A stretch of DNA of 64,000 bases. Origin: an uncultured delta proteobacterium. GTDB taxonomy: Bacteria; Desulfobacterota; Binatia; UBA9968. This document shows positions 39,592 to 49,232 of the stretch, in pieces. The notes below the pieces were generated by a model. It ran no database searches, was not told where the DNA came from, and worked only from the letters and a program-made list of their open reading frames with translations. Location: NCBI GenBank assembly GCA_963745835.1, contig CAVUZH010000016.1, positions 384,001 through 448,000 of the forward strand, written 5' to 3'. The stretch's first letter is position 1, and each line of letters starts with the position of its first letter. The position numbers and the translations under genes are program-made.

Positions 39592-40565
39592 GCGATCACT
39601 TTTGTACCTTCAAAATCGAAACGGAAACGGACTTCTTCCAATCCCGCGCCTCTCATCGCTCGCCTTAAGGCCATTTTGTCTTCAGCATAAAACATCAAAA
39701 ACCCGCCTCCCCCAGCGCCGATCAATTTCCCACCCATCGCCCCATTCTCTCGGGCTACTTCATACCAATGATCAATTTGGTTATTAGTCATAACGCCGGA
39801 ACGCTTCTTCTTATGCTCCCAATGCACATTCATCAACTCCGCAAATTTTCTCAGATCTCCTCCCTCCAATGCTTCTTTGCTCTCTCGACCGATTTCTTTT
39901 ACAAAATGAAGGTTAGTGATCATCTCCTTATCGTTTTGCCTGCTTTTCACGTCCTGCTCTCTGAGAATTTCAGATGCAGATCTTGAGTAACCTGTAAAAA
40001 ATAGCAATAAATTTTCCTCAAGGTTGTACAGTGTATCTGTATCGATCTCCAGCGGAGAAGCTTCGACCTGACCGTTTGGCAAAAAACGAAAAAAAGTGAC
40101 ACCTCCGTATGCAGCGATATACTGATCCTGTTTTCCGATTGGTTCTTTCAAAACATCCATCTCGACGTAGCAGGCCTGCTGCGCCAGATCCTCCGGATGA
40201 ATAAGATTTTTTTTAAGAGTGTGCAGAGCCTTTAGCAAAGCTGTAGTGAAGCTGCCGGAGGAACCCAGACCCGTACCGGCCGGGATATCGGCCATACTCG
40301 TGATCTCTAGATAAGGCGCCTCTACTTTCGTTAATCTCAGGGTTTCCCGGATGAGAGGATGTTGTACTTCGTCTACTGATTTAACTCGCTCCATCTTTGA
40401 GTATTTAATGATCAGTTCTTCGACAAAGGTTTGATGGAGCGTGATATAAACGTGCTTGTCAATTGCCGCTGCAAGCACGAAACCGCTATGCTCGCGGTAA
40501 TAGGAGGGTAAGTCAGTTCCTCCGCCACCCAAAGAGACGCGCAAAGGGCTGCGAGTAATAATCAT
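39588..40565 (-). CDS. GHMP sugar-phosphate kinase (HddA-like)
   Basis: PLRVSLGGGGTD, PAGTGLGSSG, GKQDQY and GGKLIGAGGGGF. Confidence 0.92.
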   Translation of the reverse strand: MIITRSPLRVSLGGGGTDLPSYYREHSGFVLAAAIDKHVYITLHQTFVEELIIKYSKMERVKSVDEVQHPLIRETLRLTKVEAPYLEITSMADIPAGTGLGSSGSFTTALLKALHTLKKNLIHPEDLAQQACYVEMDVLKEPIGKQDQYIAAYGGVTFFRFLPNGQVEASPLEIDTDTLYNLEENLLLFFTGYSRSASEILREQDVKSRQNDKEMITNLHFVKEIGRESKEALEGGDLRKFAELMNVHWEHKKKRSGVMTNNQIDHWYEVARENGAMGGKLIGAGGGGFLMFYAEDKMALRRAMRGAGLEEVRFRFDFEGTKVIA

Positions 40566-41539
40566 AGAGCGGAAATTTTATAGATATGTTCGACGACCTG
40601 CAGGGCCGCTCGGGCATCATACAGATCAGCTGAGGGGCGACGTTGTAGCCGAATGTCTTCCAAAAAATCGGCAAACTCATTATTCCACGAGGTGTCCCGC
40701 ATCGGATATTCCCAACTGGTTATCTCCGGCGGTCCCATCTGAGGTAGCATCCGATAGTAGATGAGTCTTTCGACACCGTAACTACCACCCAAGCCTTCTA
40801 TTTGCAGTTTCCCTAAACGGCCAAAGATCTCGAACGAAAAAAGGTTCTTCCATTCTGTGCAACTGGCATGCAGAAAGGCAACCTGCTGCCGGGCACTCCT
40901 TAGAAGCATGAATCCGTTGTCCTCTACCGGCATATCCCAATAAAAAGTCGAAGCAAAGCCCTCGACATTTACAATGTCGCCTAGAAACCAACGTGCAAGG
41001 TCGATCAAGTGGACTCCCTGATCGATGAGTTCACCGCCGCCCGACTGTTCCGGATTGGCTCGCCATTCTTTTTCATAGCCGACGCGCCCGCCATGTCCAT
41101 AACGGCCGCGTATATACATGAGTTCACCAATCGCCCCGGATACGCACAATTCCTTAGCCTTGCAGAGCGCTGGGTGGTAGCGGTGATTAAACCCAACCCG
41201 CACTAATAGATTGAGGCGTTCTGCCATCTCTATTACAGGGTCGAGTTCTGCCACGGAACGCGCTGCCGGCTTCTCAACGAGCACATGCTTCCCCGCGGCG
41301 ATGGCGGCCAACATGATTTTTACGAGCAGATCGTTTGTCGCCGAGACGATGACAACGTCCACATTCTTTCGTTCAAGCACAACTCGCCAATCAGTCGCCG
41401 ACACCGCGCCTGATACCGTTCGCGCAAGCGCTTCCGCTCGCGTCGACAGAACGTCTGCGCACGCTACCAACCGACTGCCAGCGAGCGAAGATGCGCGCTT
41501 TTGTCCAACGCGGCCACAACCGATGATGGCAACGTTCAT
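40562..41539 (-). CDS. Gfo/Idh/MocA oxidoreductase
   Basis: IIGCGRVG, KHVLVEKP, VGFNHRY and GGGELIDQGVH. Confidence 0.92.
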   Translation of the reverse strand: MNVAIIGCGRVGQKRASSLAGSRLVACADVLSTRAEALARTVSGAVSATDWRVVLERKNVDVVIVSATNDLLVKIMLAAIAAGKHVLVEKPAARSVAELDPVIEMAERLNLLVRVGFNHRYHPALCKAKELCVSGAIGELMYIRGRYGHGGRVGYEKEWRANPEQSGGGELIDQGVHLIDLARWFLGDIVNVEGFASTFYWDMPVEDNGFMLLRSARQQVAFLHASCTEWKNLFSFEIFGRLGKLQIEGLGGSYGVERLIYYRMLPQMGPPEITSWEYPMRDTSWNNEFADFLEDIRLQRRPSADLYDARAALQVVEHIYKISAL

Positions 41540-42411
41540 GTTTTTGTTTTAGACCATTCTAACCCGCGATCTTTAGGAACAATGCGACGAAGTGTATAGA
41601 TGTCCGTTCCGCCGAACTCGGCGACTCGTTGTGCAAAGGTGTCCCAAGGATCCCAAACAGCGCTAATGAGTCTGCCGGTAATGCCGTCACTATCATTAGA
41701 GACTAAGAAAACACATAGCGCAGCACCCTTCTCTAGAGGCGTACCGCCGCGTTTTTTTTGTTCAAGAGCTTGTTCGTAGAAGGCGTTGCCAACCTTCTCT
41801 GGTCCAGCCTCCAAGACTTCATCGAGCAAGCGCGTATTGAGCGGCCCCGGTGCAACGGCATTAACATTAATACCGCAGTCCCGTGTCTCCTCAGCCATAG
41901 TTTCGGTAAGTCGCACCACGGCTGCCTTGGAAGCTGCATAGGCGCTGAAGCGGGGCAAAGGCGCCGTTGCCCCGCCGCCGGAAAGATTAACGATCTTGCC
42001 GTAGTTCTGCTTTCGGAAAACAGGAAGCAGAGCGCGGCAGAGAAGCGCCGTGCCCACCAGATTTATTTCAATAGCTCGTAGCCATTCTTGCAGATCTACT
42101 TCTTCAATAAGACCTTTTGGCCCGTATGCACCGGCATTGTTTATCAAACCATCGATTCGCGGCAGATTCTTCAGAGCGAATTCAACTAAGTTCCTGACAT
42201 CATCGGGCTTTGAAACGTCTGCCGATAGCGCCAACACCTGCTGCCCGGCTCGCGCCCGCAACCCTAATTCCGCTTGTGCTGCGGCTAATAAGAGCGGATC
42301 GCGGGCACAAACGACAATGTTGGCACCCTCCATTAAGCAGGCTTCAGCAATAGCTTTGCCTAAGCCCTGACTAGCACCCGTTATCAATATGCCACGGCGC
42401 TCTAGTTTCAC
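41536..42411 (-). CDS. Short-chain dehydrogenase/reductase
   Basis: ITGASQGLG, NNAG, YAASK and VNAVAPG. Confidence 0.92.
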   Translation of the reverse strand: MKLERRGILITGASQGLGKAIAEACLMEGANIVVCARDPLLLAAAQAELGLRARAGQQVLALSADVSKPDDVRNLVEFALKNLPRIDGLINNAGAYGPKGLIEEVDLQEWLRAIEINLVGTALLCRALLPVFRKQNYGKIVNLSGGGATAPLPRFSAYAASKAAVVRLTETMAEETRDCGINVNAVAPGPLNTRLLDEVLEAGPEKVGNAFYEQALEQKKRGGTPLEKGAALCVFLVSNDSDGITGRLISAVWDPWDTFAQRVAEFGGTDIYTLRRIVPKDRGLEWSKTKT

Positions 42412-42420
42412 GACAGTCCC

Positions 42421-43710
42421 CTATACTTTGCCAACAGCGATATAGCGCAAGCGAGAATCGGCGCCGAGTGTCGTACGCAGAAATCGATTGGGGTCTAACA
42501 CGACAGGTGTACGCATCTGGCGCACACAATCGTCAGACGATAAAGATTTAAAGGCCGGCCAATCATTTGTCACGATCAATGCGTCCGCCTGCTGTAAGGC
42601 TTCATTGGCTGTGGCGCAAAGGGTAATATACTGCTCTAGATCAGATGGGAGCTGAGACACACCTGGATCGTTAGCCCTAACTCGCACTCCCCGTTGGGCC
42701 AACCAGATGCATAGCTCAATTGCGCTGGAACGCCGCAGCGTGTCGGTCCCAGGCTTGTAGGTTAATCCCAGCACGACCACAGTCTTGCCTGATAACTCAC
42801 CAAAGAGTTCCTGTAGTTTACGTCTTGGCCAAGCCTTGTGCTCGTCATTACTAATGCGTATCGCGGTCATCAAATGAGCAGACACTCTTTTCTGTTGACC
42901 GAGCTGACTCAGAAAATTAACGTCGCGCGCCAACGTGCCTCCCGCAAAGGCGCTACCGGGACTCAGGTAAGCCGATGGTCCGATGCGACTATCACTCCTC
43001 AGACCCCGTTCGACTTCCTTGACGTCGGCACCTACATGCTCACACAATGTCGCCAGCTCGTTAACAAAGACTACAGACGCAGCTAAGAAGGCATTCAACG
43101 CGTGTTTGGTCATCTCGGCCGATTCGACCGACATCCATTCAAGTCGTCTACAAAACGGGCTCAGCAACTGACTCAGGCGCGCCTGGTCTGATTGGTGACG
43201 CACTCCGATAACGATGCGCTCCGGACAACGAAAAGCATCAAGCGCCTTTCCGACTCGAAGATTCTCTTGCGCGTAAGCGAAGCTGACACGCCGCTCCGAG
43301 CAATTTAAACGGAACCCTGCTTCGGCCGAAGCGGTAAAACCTACCGGGACCTGTGATGAAACCAAAACCATCGCTTTGTCTGACAAATGGGAAAACAAAG
43401 CTGCCATTTGACGTGACACAAAACCAACGTCAGCAATATCGTTGTCATCGACAGGCGTATCGAAAGTTATCCAAACAATATCTGCTCCATTGACAGCGGA
43501 TGCGATGTCGTTAGTGAAAGACAGCCTGCCGGCGGAGAACCCTGCGTGTATTAGTTCTGCAAGGCCCGTTTCAAAAACCGGTGGCTGACCGCGACTCAGA
43601 TTGGAAATTACATTCGCATCGGGATCATAGCCCACGGTTGTAAAATGCTCCGCCACAGAAGCTGCTATGACGGAACCGAGATGCCAAAGACCGCATACAC
43701 AAACCTTCAT
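42421..43710 (-). CDS. UDP-glucose/GDP-mannose dehydrogenase-family protein lacking the catalytic Cys
   Basis: GLWHLG, DTP, SQVPVG, ENLRVG, AEMTKHALN, GSAFAGGTLARD (canonical is GGxCxxKD) and GLTYKPGTD. Confidence 0.88.
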   Translation of the reverse strand: MKVCVCGLWHLGSVIAASVAEHFTTVGYDPDANVISNLSRGQPPVFETGLAELIHAGFSAGRLSFTNDIASAVNGADIVWITFDTPVDDNDIADVGFVSRQMAALFSHLSDKAMVLVSSQVPVGFTASAEAGFRLNCSERRVSFAYAQENLRVGKALDAFRCPERIVIGVRHQSDQARLSQLLSPFCRRLEWMSVESAEMTKHALNAFLAASVVFVNELATLCEHVGADVKEVERGLRSDSRIGPSAYLSPGSAFAGGTLARDVNFLSQLGQQKRVSAHLMTAIRISNDEHKAWPRRKLQELFGELSGKTVVVLGLTYKPGTDTLRRSSAIELCIWLAQRGVRVRANDPGVSQLPSDLEQYITLCATANEALQQADALIVTNDWPAFKSLSSDDCVRQMRTPVVLDPNRFLRTTLGADSRLRYIAVGKV

Positions 43711-44663
43711 GAACGCCGATCCAGCACCCAAGGATTCTCTTGCAAATAGCGAAGCGTGCGGAGGATTCCCTCCTGAATGCTCAGCTTAGGGCGCCAACCT
43801 AGAGTACGAATCCGGGAGCAGTCAAGAAAGATGAACGGATTGTCTCCAACCCAGCCACGTGAACCGCCAGAATATGTGATCTTGGGGTTAAGCCCCAAAT
43901 GAGCAGTAATCCAACGGAGTGAATCATTAACCGAACAATACTCTGCGGTACCTAGATTAAAAAGATTCACCTTTTCGTGAGCCCGCTCAATCGCCAGGAG
44001 CATAGCGTCGATACAGTCCTGAACATATAAGTACGACTTGCGTTGACTGCCGTCGCCAAGAACACACAATTCGTTAGGATTAGATCGAAGCTGCTTGTAG
44101 AAATCGAATATGTGTCCGTGCGTATAACGTTCCCCCAACATGGAGACGAAACGAAAAATCCATGCCTGAAAGTCAAACCCTTCGCAGTGGGCTTCAATGA
44201 ATCCTTCGCTCGCCAGTTTGGCCGCTCCATAAAGAGATGTTTGAATGGGAATGTTGGTTTCTTCCGGCGTAGGGATTATCTGAGCTTCCCCGTAAATGGA
44301 AGCAGTCGAAGTAAAAGCAATCTGTCTCACCCCATTGGCACGCATGGCGTCCAAAACATTAAACGTCACAATTGTGTTCTGCTCCAAGTCCCTCCGCGGA
44401 TGTTCCGTCCCAAAACGCACATCGGCATTGGCGGCTAGATGAAAAACAAAATTTGCGCCCGCCATAGCCCGGCTCAAGGATTCCAAATCCAGTGCATCGC
44501 CTCGGACCAGGCTGAAACTAGGATTCCTCAGACAGTCTTCGATGAACTCCATCTGACCTGTGCTGAAATTGTCATATCCAACCACTGAATGACCGTTGAG
44601 CAACAAACGGTCGGCCAGGTTGCTGCCAACATAGCCCGCACAGCCTGTTACAAAATAACGCAA
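43707..44663 (-). CDS. NAD-dependent nucleotide-sugar epimerase/dehydratase
   Basis: VTGCAGYVG, HLAA, YGAAK and GDGSQRKSYLYV. Confidence 0.92.
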   Translation of the reverse strand: MRYFVTGCAGYVGSNLADRLLLNGHSVVGYDNFSTGQMEFIEDCLRNPSFSLVRGDALDLESLSRAMAGANFVFHLAANADVRFGTEHPRRDLEQNTIVTFNVLDAMRANGVRQIAFTSTASIYGEAQIIPTPEETNIPIQTSLYGAAKLASEGFIEAHCEGFDFQAWIFRFVSMLGERYTHGHIFDFYKQLRSNPNELCVLGDGSQRKSYLYVQDCIDAMLLAIERAHEKVNLFNLGTAEYCSVNDSLRWITAHLGLNPKITYSGGSRGWVGDNPFIFLDCSRIRTLGWRPKLSIQEGILRTLRYLQENPWVLDRRS

Positions 44664-44684
44664 ACAAGTCTCCGTCCTTGAAGC

Positions 44685-45521
44685 TTATCTCTTTTGTTTT
44701 CGGTTCCGGGTTTGCCGAAATATCCCGGCGCTTCCTTTTTGGATCGTTCCGAATCTATCAGTTCCGCTTTGCTTAGAGACTGCAAGCGCATGACAATGTG
44801 CAAACCGGATTCTGAAAATGTCGAGCCCGTTGCGAATATTCCCGCTGACCAACCGCAGCCTGCTGTCCCCATCGTCGCGCCACCTTACTGGAACCTGCGC
44901 GATCCTATAGCCACGAAGGTGCGCTAAGTATAAAACCTCAACATCAAACATATAGCCGTCTATTATCTGTCGTCCAAAAAGATCGATTGCGACATGGCGT
45001 TTAAAAAATTTGAATCCGCATTGAGTGTCAACGATGTCACGAAGGCCCACCAACGCATGTACAAACAAGCGAAAGCCTTTTGAGCCGAGCCGTCGATAAA
45101 GTGGCTGAGATTGTTCGATGCTTGACTCGGAAAGGGCACGAGAACCAATCACGATATCGTAGCCGTTACGGATTACGTCCTCGATCTTGTCCAGCTCATC
45201 AATCGGAGTCTTGTTGTCCGCGTCGGCAAATCCTATCATTTCGCCGCTGGCCATAGCGATTGCATGGCGAATGCCGTATCCTTTGCCCCGACGTTCAACA
45301 TTGCCAGTGACCTTTAACGCCGGAAGAGACACGGCCATCTCAGTCACCAATTCACGCGTGCCGTCATCTCCATCGGCGGACACAATGATCTCATAGCTCA
45401 TATTTCGCTGCCGAAAATAAGATATCGCATCCTCGATGGTCTGCCCAATACTGCTGACTTCGTTATACGCAGGCAGGATCAAACTGATATGTGGATTGTT
45501 TCTCACCAGCGCCGTACTCAT
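44685..45521 (-). CDS. Dolichyl/polyprenyl-phosphate glycosyltransferase (Alg5/DPG-synthase-like GT2)
   Basis: SLILPAYNE, GKGYGIR, FADAD, IGSRA, DTQCGFK and FDVE; start moved to ATG 45521. Confidence 0.88.
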   Translation of the reverse strand: MSTALVRNNPHISLILPAYNEVSSIGQTIEDAISYFRQRNMSYEIIVSADGDDGTRELVTEMAVSLPALKVTGNVERRGKGYGIRHAIAMASGEMIGFADADNKTPIDELDKIEDVIRNGYDIVIGSRALSESSIEQSQPLYRRLGSKGFRLFVHALVGLRDIVDTQCGFKFFKRHVAIDLFGRQIIDGYMFDVEVLYLAHLRGYRIAQVPVRWRDDGDSRLRLVSGNIRNGLDIFRIRFAHCHALAVSKQSGTDRFGTIQKGSAGIFRQTRNRKQKR

Positions 45522-45544
45522 GAAGGCATTCGGGAACCGTTCTT

Positions 45545-48253
45545 TCAAGCCACGGAATTTTGTAATTGGTATTTCTCTGCAATTCTTGGATAAATCCAAA
45601 GAACCAACGTGATCAACAAAAACAACCCGATGGCCGTCTTAGCTACTATGACGCTTGCCGTAAACGTTACGGGTTCAAATTTAAAAATGATGCGGCTTTG
45701 GCCAGTGCCGACTGTCGTCGCCATAAACTGAAAATTTGCCGGGATAATCGTGCCTTGTTTCCCGTTTATAAACACCCTCCAGCCCTCGTCATACGAATCG
45801 CCAAAAAAAAGCACCGCCGGTTTTTTGGTGATGATATTCAGCTCCACTCTACTCGGGGTCGCGTGGGTGGTTTGAACCATAACAGCTTTCTCTGGATACT
45901 CCGACGAATCGATAGCTGGCTCATCTCGTAAAACAATCGTTGTCAGTGGATTGAACTCGACCGCTTTCAATCGCGCGAGAGCTGCGGTCTCGTTTTCGAT
46001 CGCCTCAAAATGAGTGAAAAGCATAAACCTGGATAGTGCGTTGGGGCGGATCGACACCTCGCCGGCTTTACCAACGTCGTATCGTGCACCAACGAGATCT
46101 AAAAAACGTGGGTCTTCAATGGTATGAGCGATGGAAGACGCTAAGGCCTGATCCCCATAATCGAAATTACGGATGAAAGAAGTGTATTTTTTTGAAAACT
46201 GTGAATTGAGTCCGCCGTATAATCTCACTCCATAATAATTAGGAATATTCGTCTCAATTTCGTTGCCCGATAACCCAAGCACTAAATGCGGATGATTGAC
46301 GCGGTAATTTTCGAGGTCCAATGCTACTTTAGATTCTGCTCCAAGGATCTCGCCTGGAGTCGTCAGAGCCGGATAGAGCGACTTTCTCTTAAAAAATGGT
46401 TCCGTAACAATGCGGCTGTATATCTTATTAAAGGGCAATAAATCGCCAAGCGAAACGAGCAAAAGCACCAAAAGAAAATATTTCGTTTCAAGCTTTCGCG
46501 TCTTAAGAGACGAAAGTAAAATTACCAATAGAACACTAACTAAAACGAATCGGGCTGAGCCCATCACTACCAACAGAAACGATTCAGGCATGGATGGATG
46601 CTTACTGAACCCGGTAAACGGGATTATCAGCACACCCAAGAGTACGAGCAACGCAACTGCCGTCGCAATACCAGAGACATTTCTAAAACGAGAATTCATC
46701 ACAAAAAATAGAACTGTCAGAAGGAGAGTTGAAATGAAGGCAAGGCTGGTCAGCAAATACATTGCGCCCAATCGAAATACGTATGAAGATCCTTTCTCTT
46801 GAAGAAAATTCTTCACCTCCTGCGGCAGAATTAGATAATAGATTCCAGCAACACTCAATAAGATAAGTGCTGCAACTAGTCTCTTGAGCGGTGGTCTAAC
46901 CAAGGCATTTTCAAACAGCAAATACGAAACAAACAGCAAAACAAGGGTTATGACGCCGGCGAGCCTGACATTACCCAATATATGCGGGTAGACCTTTAGC
47001 CAAACGGAAACTACTCCTAGCAGAACCAAGCCGCAGACAAGAAGAAAAATAAGAATTTTTTCTGTGCTTACCGAAGTTGGATGTTCTTCAATATGTTTAG
47101 CTATGTAACCGACCATCAGGCACATCCCCATCGGCAGCAAGTAGAGTGAACCCAATGGATGGAGTAACGGAAAGAATCCGATATTGAATACGCCGGCTAT
47201 CGGTTGAACATTCATTAACCACAGCCAAATGGGTAAGAACATGAGCGTGAGGATTTTTATTGGTTTGTTTTTTCGTATCGCTATCAATGACCAGATGACA
47301 AGCGATATAGAAGCAGCTCCCATGTAGAAACTTGCAGCACCGTGAATGTGACCCTTAAAGCCTAAAGCTGCAAGAACAGGTTCAGATGAAGCGAAGTTGA
47401 CGCCGAGAGTTTCGGGGATAAACGTAAAATAATGAAGAAAAATAACGTCTTGAAAACCCAAGTTTGCGATACTGTCAAGCAGCCGGGTGCCATCCCTGAG
47501 AGCTTCGGCAAACGGTAAAAGGCGTACGGCACCAATCGACGCACTAATCATCACTGCCAATGCAAAAACTCCCCAATACTTTGCCTGGCAGACGATTGCC
47601 GCAGGGTGAGTGAGCGTGAAGAACGCGTAGAGGAGCATGACGCTCAACATGATATATGCCACATAAACAATGTGGCCGGAGAGAAACATCGTTCCGATGC
47701 TAAGAGTCAACAAAGCGAAGGAAATGTAGAGTTTTCGCTGACCCATCGTGAACAGCAGGTATGTCGTGATCGTGGCAAGCAGCATGGTCGTCAGGGCGGG
47801 GTACAGTGTAGTCCCGAGGAACATAAGGCTACACAATTGATAGTTTAGTGACGAGAAAAAGGCCCATTTTCTGCTACCTAAGGCAGCAGTAAAAGCAAGA
47901 AAGCCAAACACACCGACGAGCCACATCTCAATGAAGATTCGAACAGTCAGTCCCAAGTGAAAGTACTGCTCCGGAAGCAGGAATAGGATCCAGTTGAACG
48001 GGGAATAGACGTAGTTATGCGTGCTGCCTGTAAAGTTAATTCCGCAGGCAATATAAGGGTTCCATAAACCGAGGTCCCCCTGAACTAAAGCTCGTAGAGA
48101 GAAGAAGTAGTTGGGCACGAGATGAAACTTATTATCACTACTGGCAATAAGCTTCATCCCCCTCAATAAAAAGGGCGAGAAGAAGAATGCGATTAGTGTC
48201 AGGTGTGCAACGATCACGAATCTCGTTTTAGACTCCGGTGATCGTACAAACAA
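45545..48253 (-). CDS. YfhO-family polytopic membrane protein (GT-C)
   Basis: LWNPYIACG, YSPF, many TM segments, and C-terminal DSYDEGWRVFING...AN...G...IIFKFEP. Confidence 0.82.
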   Translation of the reverse strand: MFVRSPESKTRFVIVAHLTLIAFFFSPFLLRGMKLIASSDNKFHLVPNYFFSLRALVQGDLGLWNPYIACGINFTGSTHNYVYSPFNWILFLLPEQYFHLGLTVRIFIEMWLVGVFGFLAFTAALGSRKWAFFSSLNYQLCSLMFLGTTLYPALTTMLLATITTYLLFTMGQRKLYISFALLTLSIGTMFLSGHIVYVAYIMLSVMLLYAFFTLTHPAAIVCQAKYWGVFALAVMISASIGAVRLLPFAEALRDGTRLLDSIANLGFQDVIFLHYFTFIPETLGVNFASSEPVLAALGFKGHIHGAASFYMGAASISLVIWSLIAIRKNKPIKILTLMFLPIWLWLMNVQPIAGVFNIGFFPLLHPLGSLYLLPMGMCLMVGYIAKHIEEHPTSVSTEKILIFLLVCGLVLLGVVSVWLKVYPHILGNVRLAGVITLVLLFVSYLLFENALVRPPLKRLVAALILLSVAGIYYLILPQEVKNFLQEKGSSYVFRLGAMYLLTSLAFISTLLLTVLFFVMNSRFRNVSGIATAVALLVLLGVLIIPFTGFSKHPSMPESFLLVVMGSARFVLVSVLLVILLSSLKTRKLETKYFLLVLLLVSLGDLLPFNKIYSRIVTEPFFKRKSLYPALTTPGEILGAESKVALDLENYRVNHPHLVLGLSGNEIETNIPNYYGVRLYGGLNSQFSKKYTSFIRNFDYGDQALASSIAHTIEDPRFLDLVGARYDVGKAGEVSIRPNALSRFMLFTHFEAIENETAALARLKAVEFNPLTTIVLRDEPAIDSSEYPEKAVMVQTTHATPSRVELNIITKKPAVLFFGDSYDEGWRVFINGKQGTIIPANFQFMATTVGTGQSRIIFKFEPVTFTASVIVAKTAIGLFLLITLVLWIYPRIAEKYQLQNSVA

Positions 48254-48486
48254 TTGCCTGGCACAAACGGTTGAAACGCATTTTATTGGACATGGATCGT
48301 ACTAACAAGATAACACTGTGATTCGGAATCCGTAGGATTAAACTAAATGATTGCTCGCCGCCATTGCGTTGGTTGCTCCATAAACTCGACAATGAAACGA
48401 CGATTCGGCCAGCTAGCCAACAAATGTTAAGGACTTCAGGACAATCAAAGGGATTCTACAGAGCAGAAAATCGGATCTGATGTTGC

Positions 48487-48589
48487 GTCTAAAATAATGA
48501 TGATACGCACATTCTCTTTTCACCCGCGGCATGATCGCCTTCATGCCCTCGACTTCATTCAGCGCTAAAACTAGCAGAGTCACTTTCAC
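48487..48589 (-). pseudogene. 5' remnant of a GT2 paralogous to 36026..36838
   Basis: GTG overlapping the NUDIX stop gives VKVTLLVLALNEVEGMKAIMPRVKRE, versus KVTLLVLTLNEIDGMKAIMPRVKKE in the intact gene. 28 bp are identical (48517..48544 = 36658..36685). Confidence 0.85.
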
Positions 48590-49221
48590 ACTGGACCGTC
48601 CAGAGCCTGGTTCTCAAATCGACTGTACATAAAGAATGCTATAACTGTTGATGGGTCCTGGACCTCAGAACGGAGTATCATTTCTTCGACTTCTTGAATA
48701 TTGAAAAACCGGAGTTCTCGGTGCCCGATTTCCGCGGGCGCATACTCCCGTTCCTTTACACACTCGGTCGCCGCAAACAGCTGCACTCTGGCCGCCAAAA
48801 TTCCCCCATCCGGAGTGATAAAGCCCAACGATCGAATTGCTTCGGATTTGCAATCGAGTCCTGTCTCTTCCTTTAGTTCTCGACCCGCTGCGCTCGCAGA
48901 CACCTCTTGCCGATCGATAAAACCTCGCGGAATCTCCCATGAGTATTGTCCAATGGGATGACGGTAAATACGGATTAGGCCGATTTTGCCGTCAACGATC
49001 GGCAGAACCGCCACTCCGGTGACGAGATTAGAGGCGACACGTTTTGGCGCAACCACCAGATAATCTCTGATGGTCATGCGGCCTTGTGAAGTCAGTTCGT
49101 CAAAGAAGATATTAAACTGGCTGTTCTCGCAGACAAGTTTTCGCTTTTTTTGCTCCGGCTGCTGAGGTTTCGCACCCATCGAATCAGCAGATCGTCGCTT
49201 TCGCACAGAATCGCGTCGCAC
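48586..49221 (-). CDS. NUDIX hydrolase (ADP-ribose/NDP-sugar pyrophosphatase-like)
   Basis: YRHP and the Nudix box WEIPRG.......AAGRELKEETG. Confidence 0.9.
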   Translation of the reverse strand: MRRDSVRKRRSADSMGAKPQQPEQKKRKLVCENSQFNIFFDELTSQGRMTIRDYLVVAPKRVASNLVTGVAVLPIVDGKIGLIRIYRHPIGQYSWEIPRGFIDRQEVSASAAGRELKEETGLDCKSEAIRSLGFITPDGGILAARVQLFAATECVKEREYAPAEIGHRELRFFNIQEVEEMILRSEVQDPSTVIAFFMYSRFENQALDGPV

Positions 49222-49232
49222 GCACTAAGGGT

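Noticed and set aside
37010-44663. A true lincosamide antibiotic cluster
   Set aside because: No amino-acid (propylproline) pathway, condensation enzymes or resistance genes are visible. Only the sugar module is present, next to envelope glycosyltransferases.
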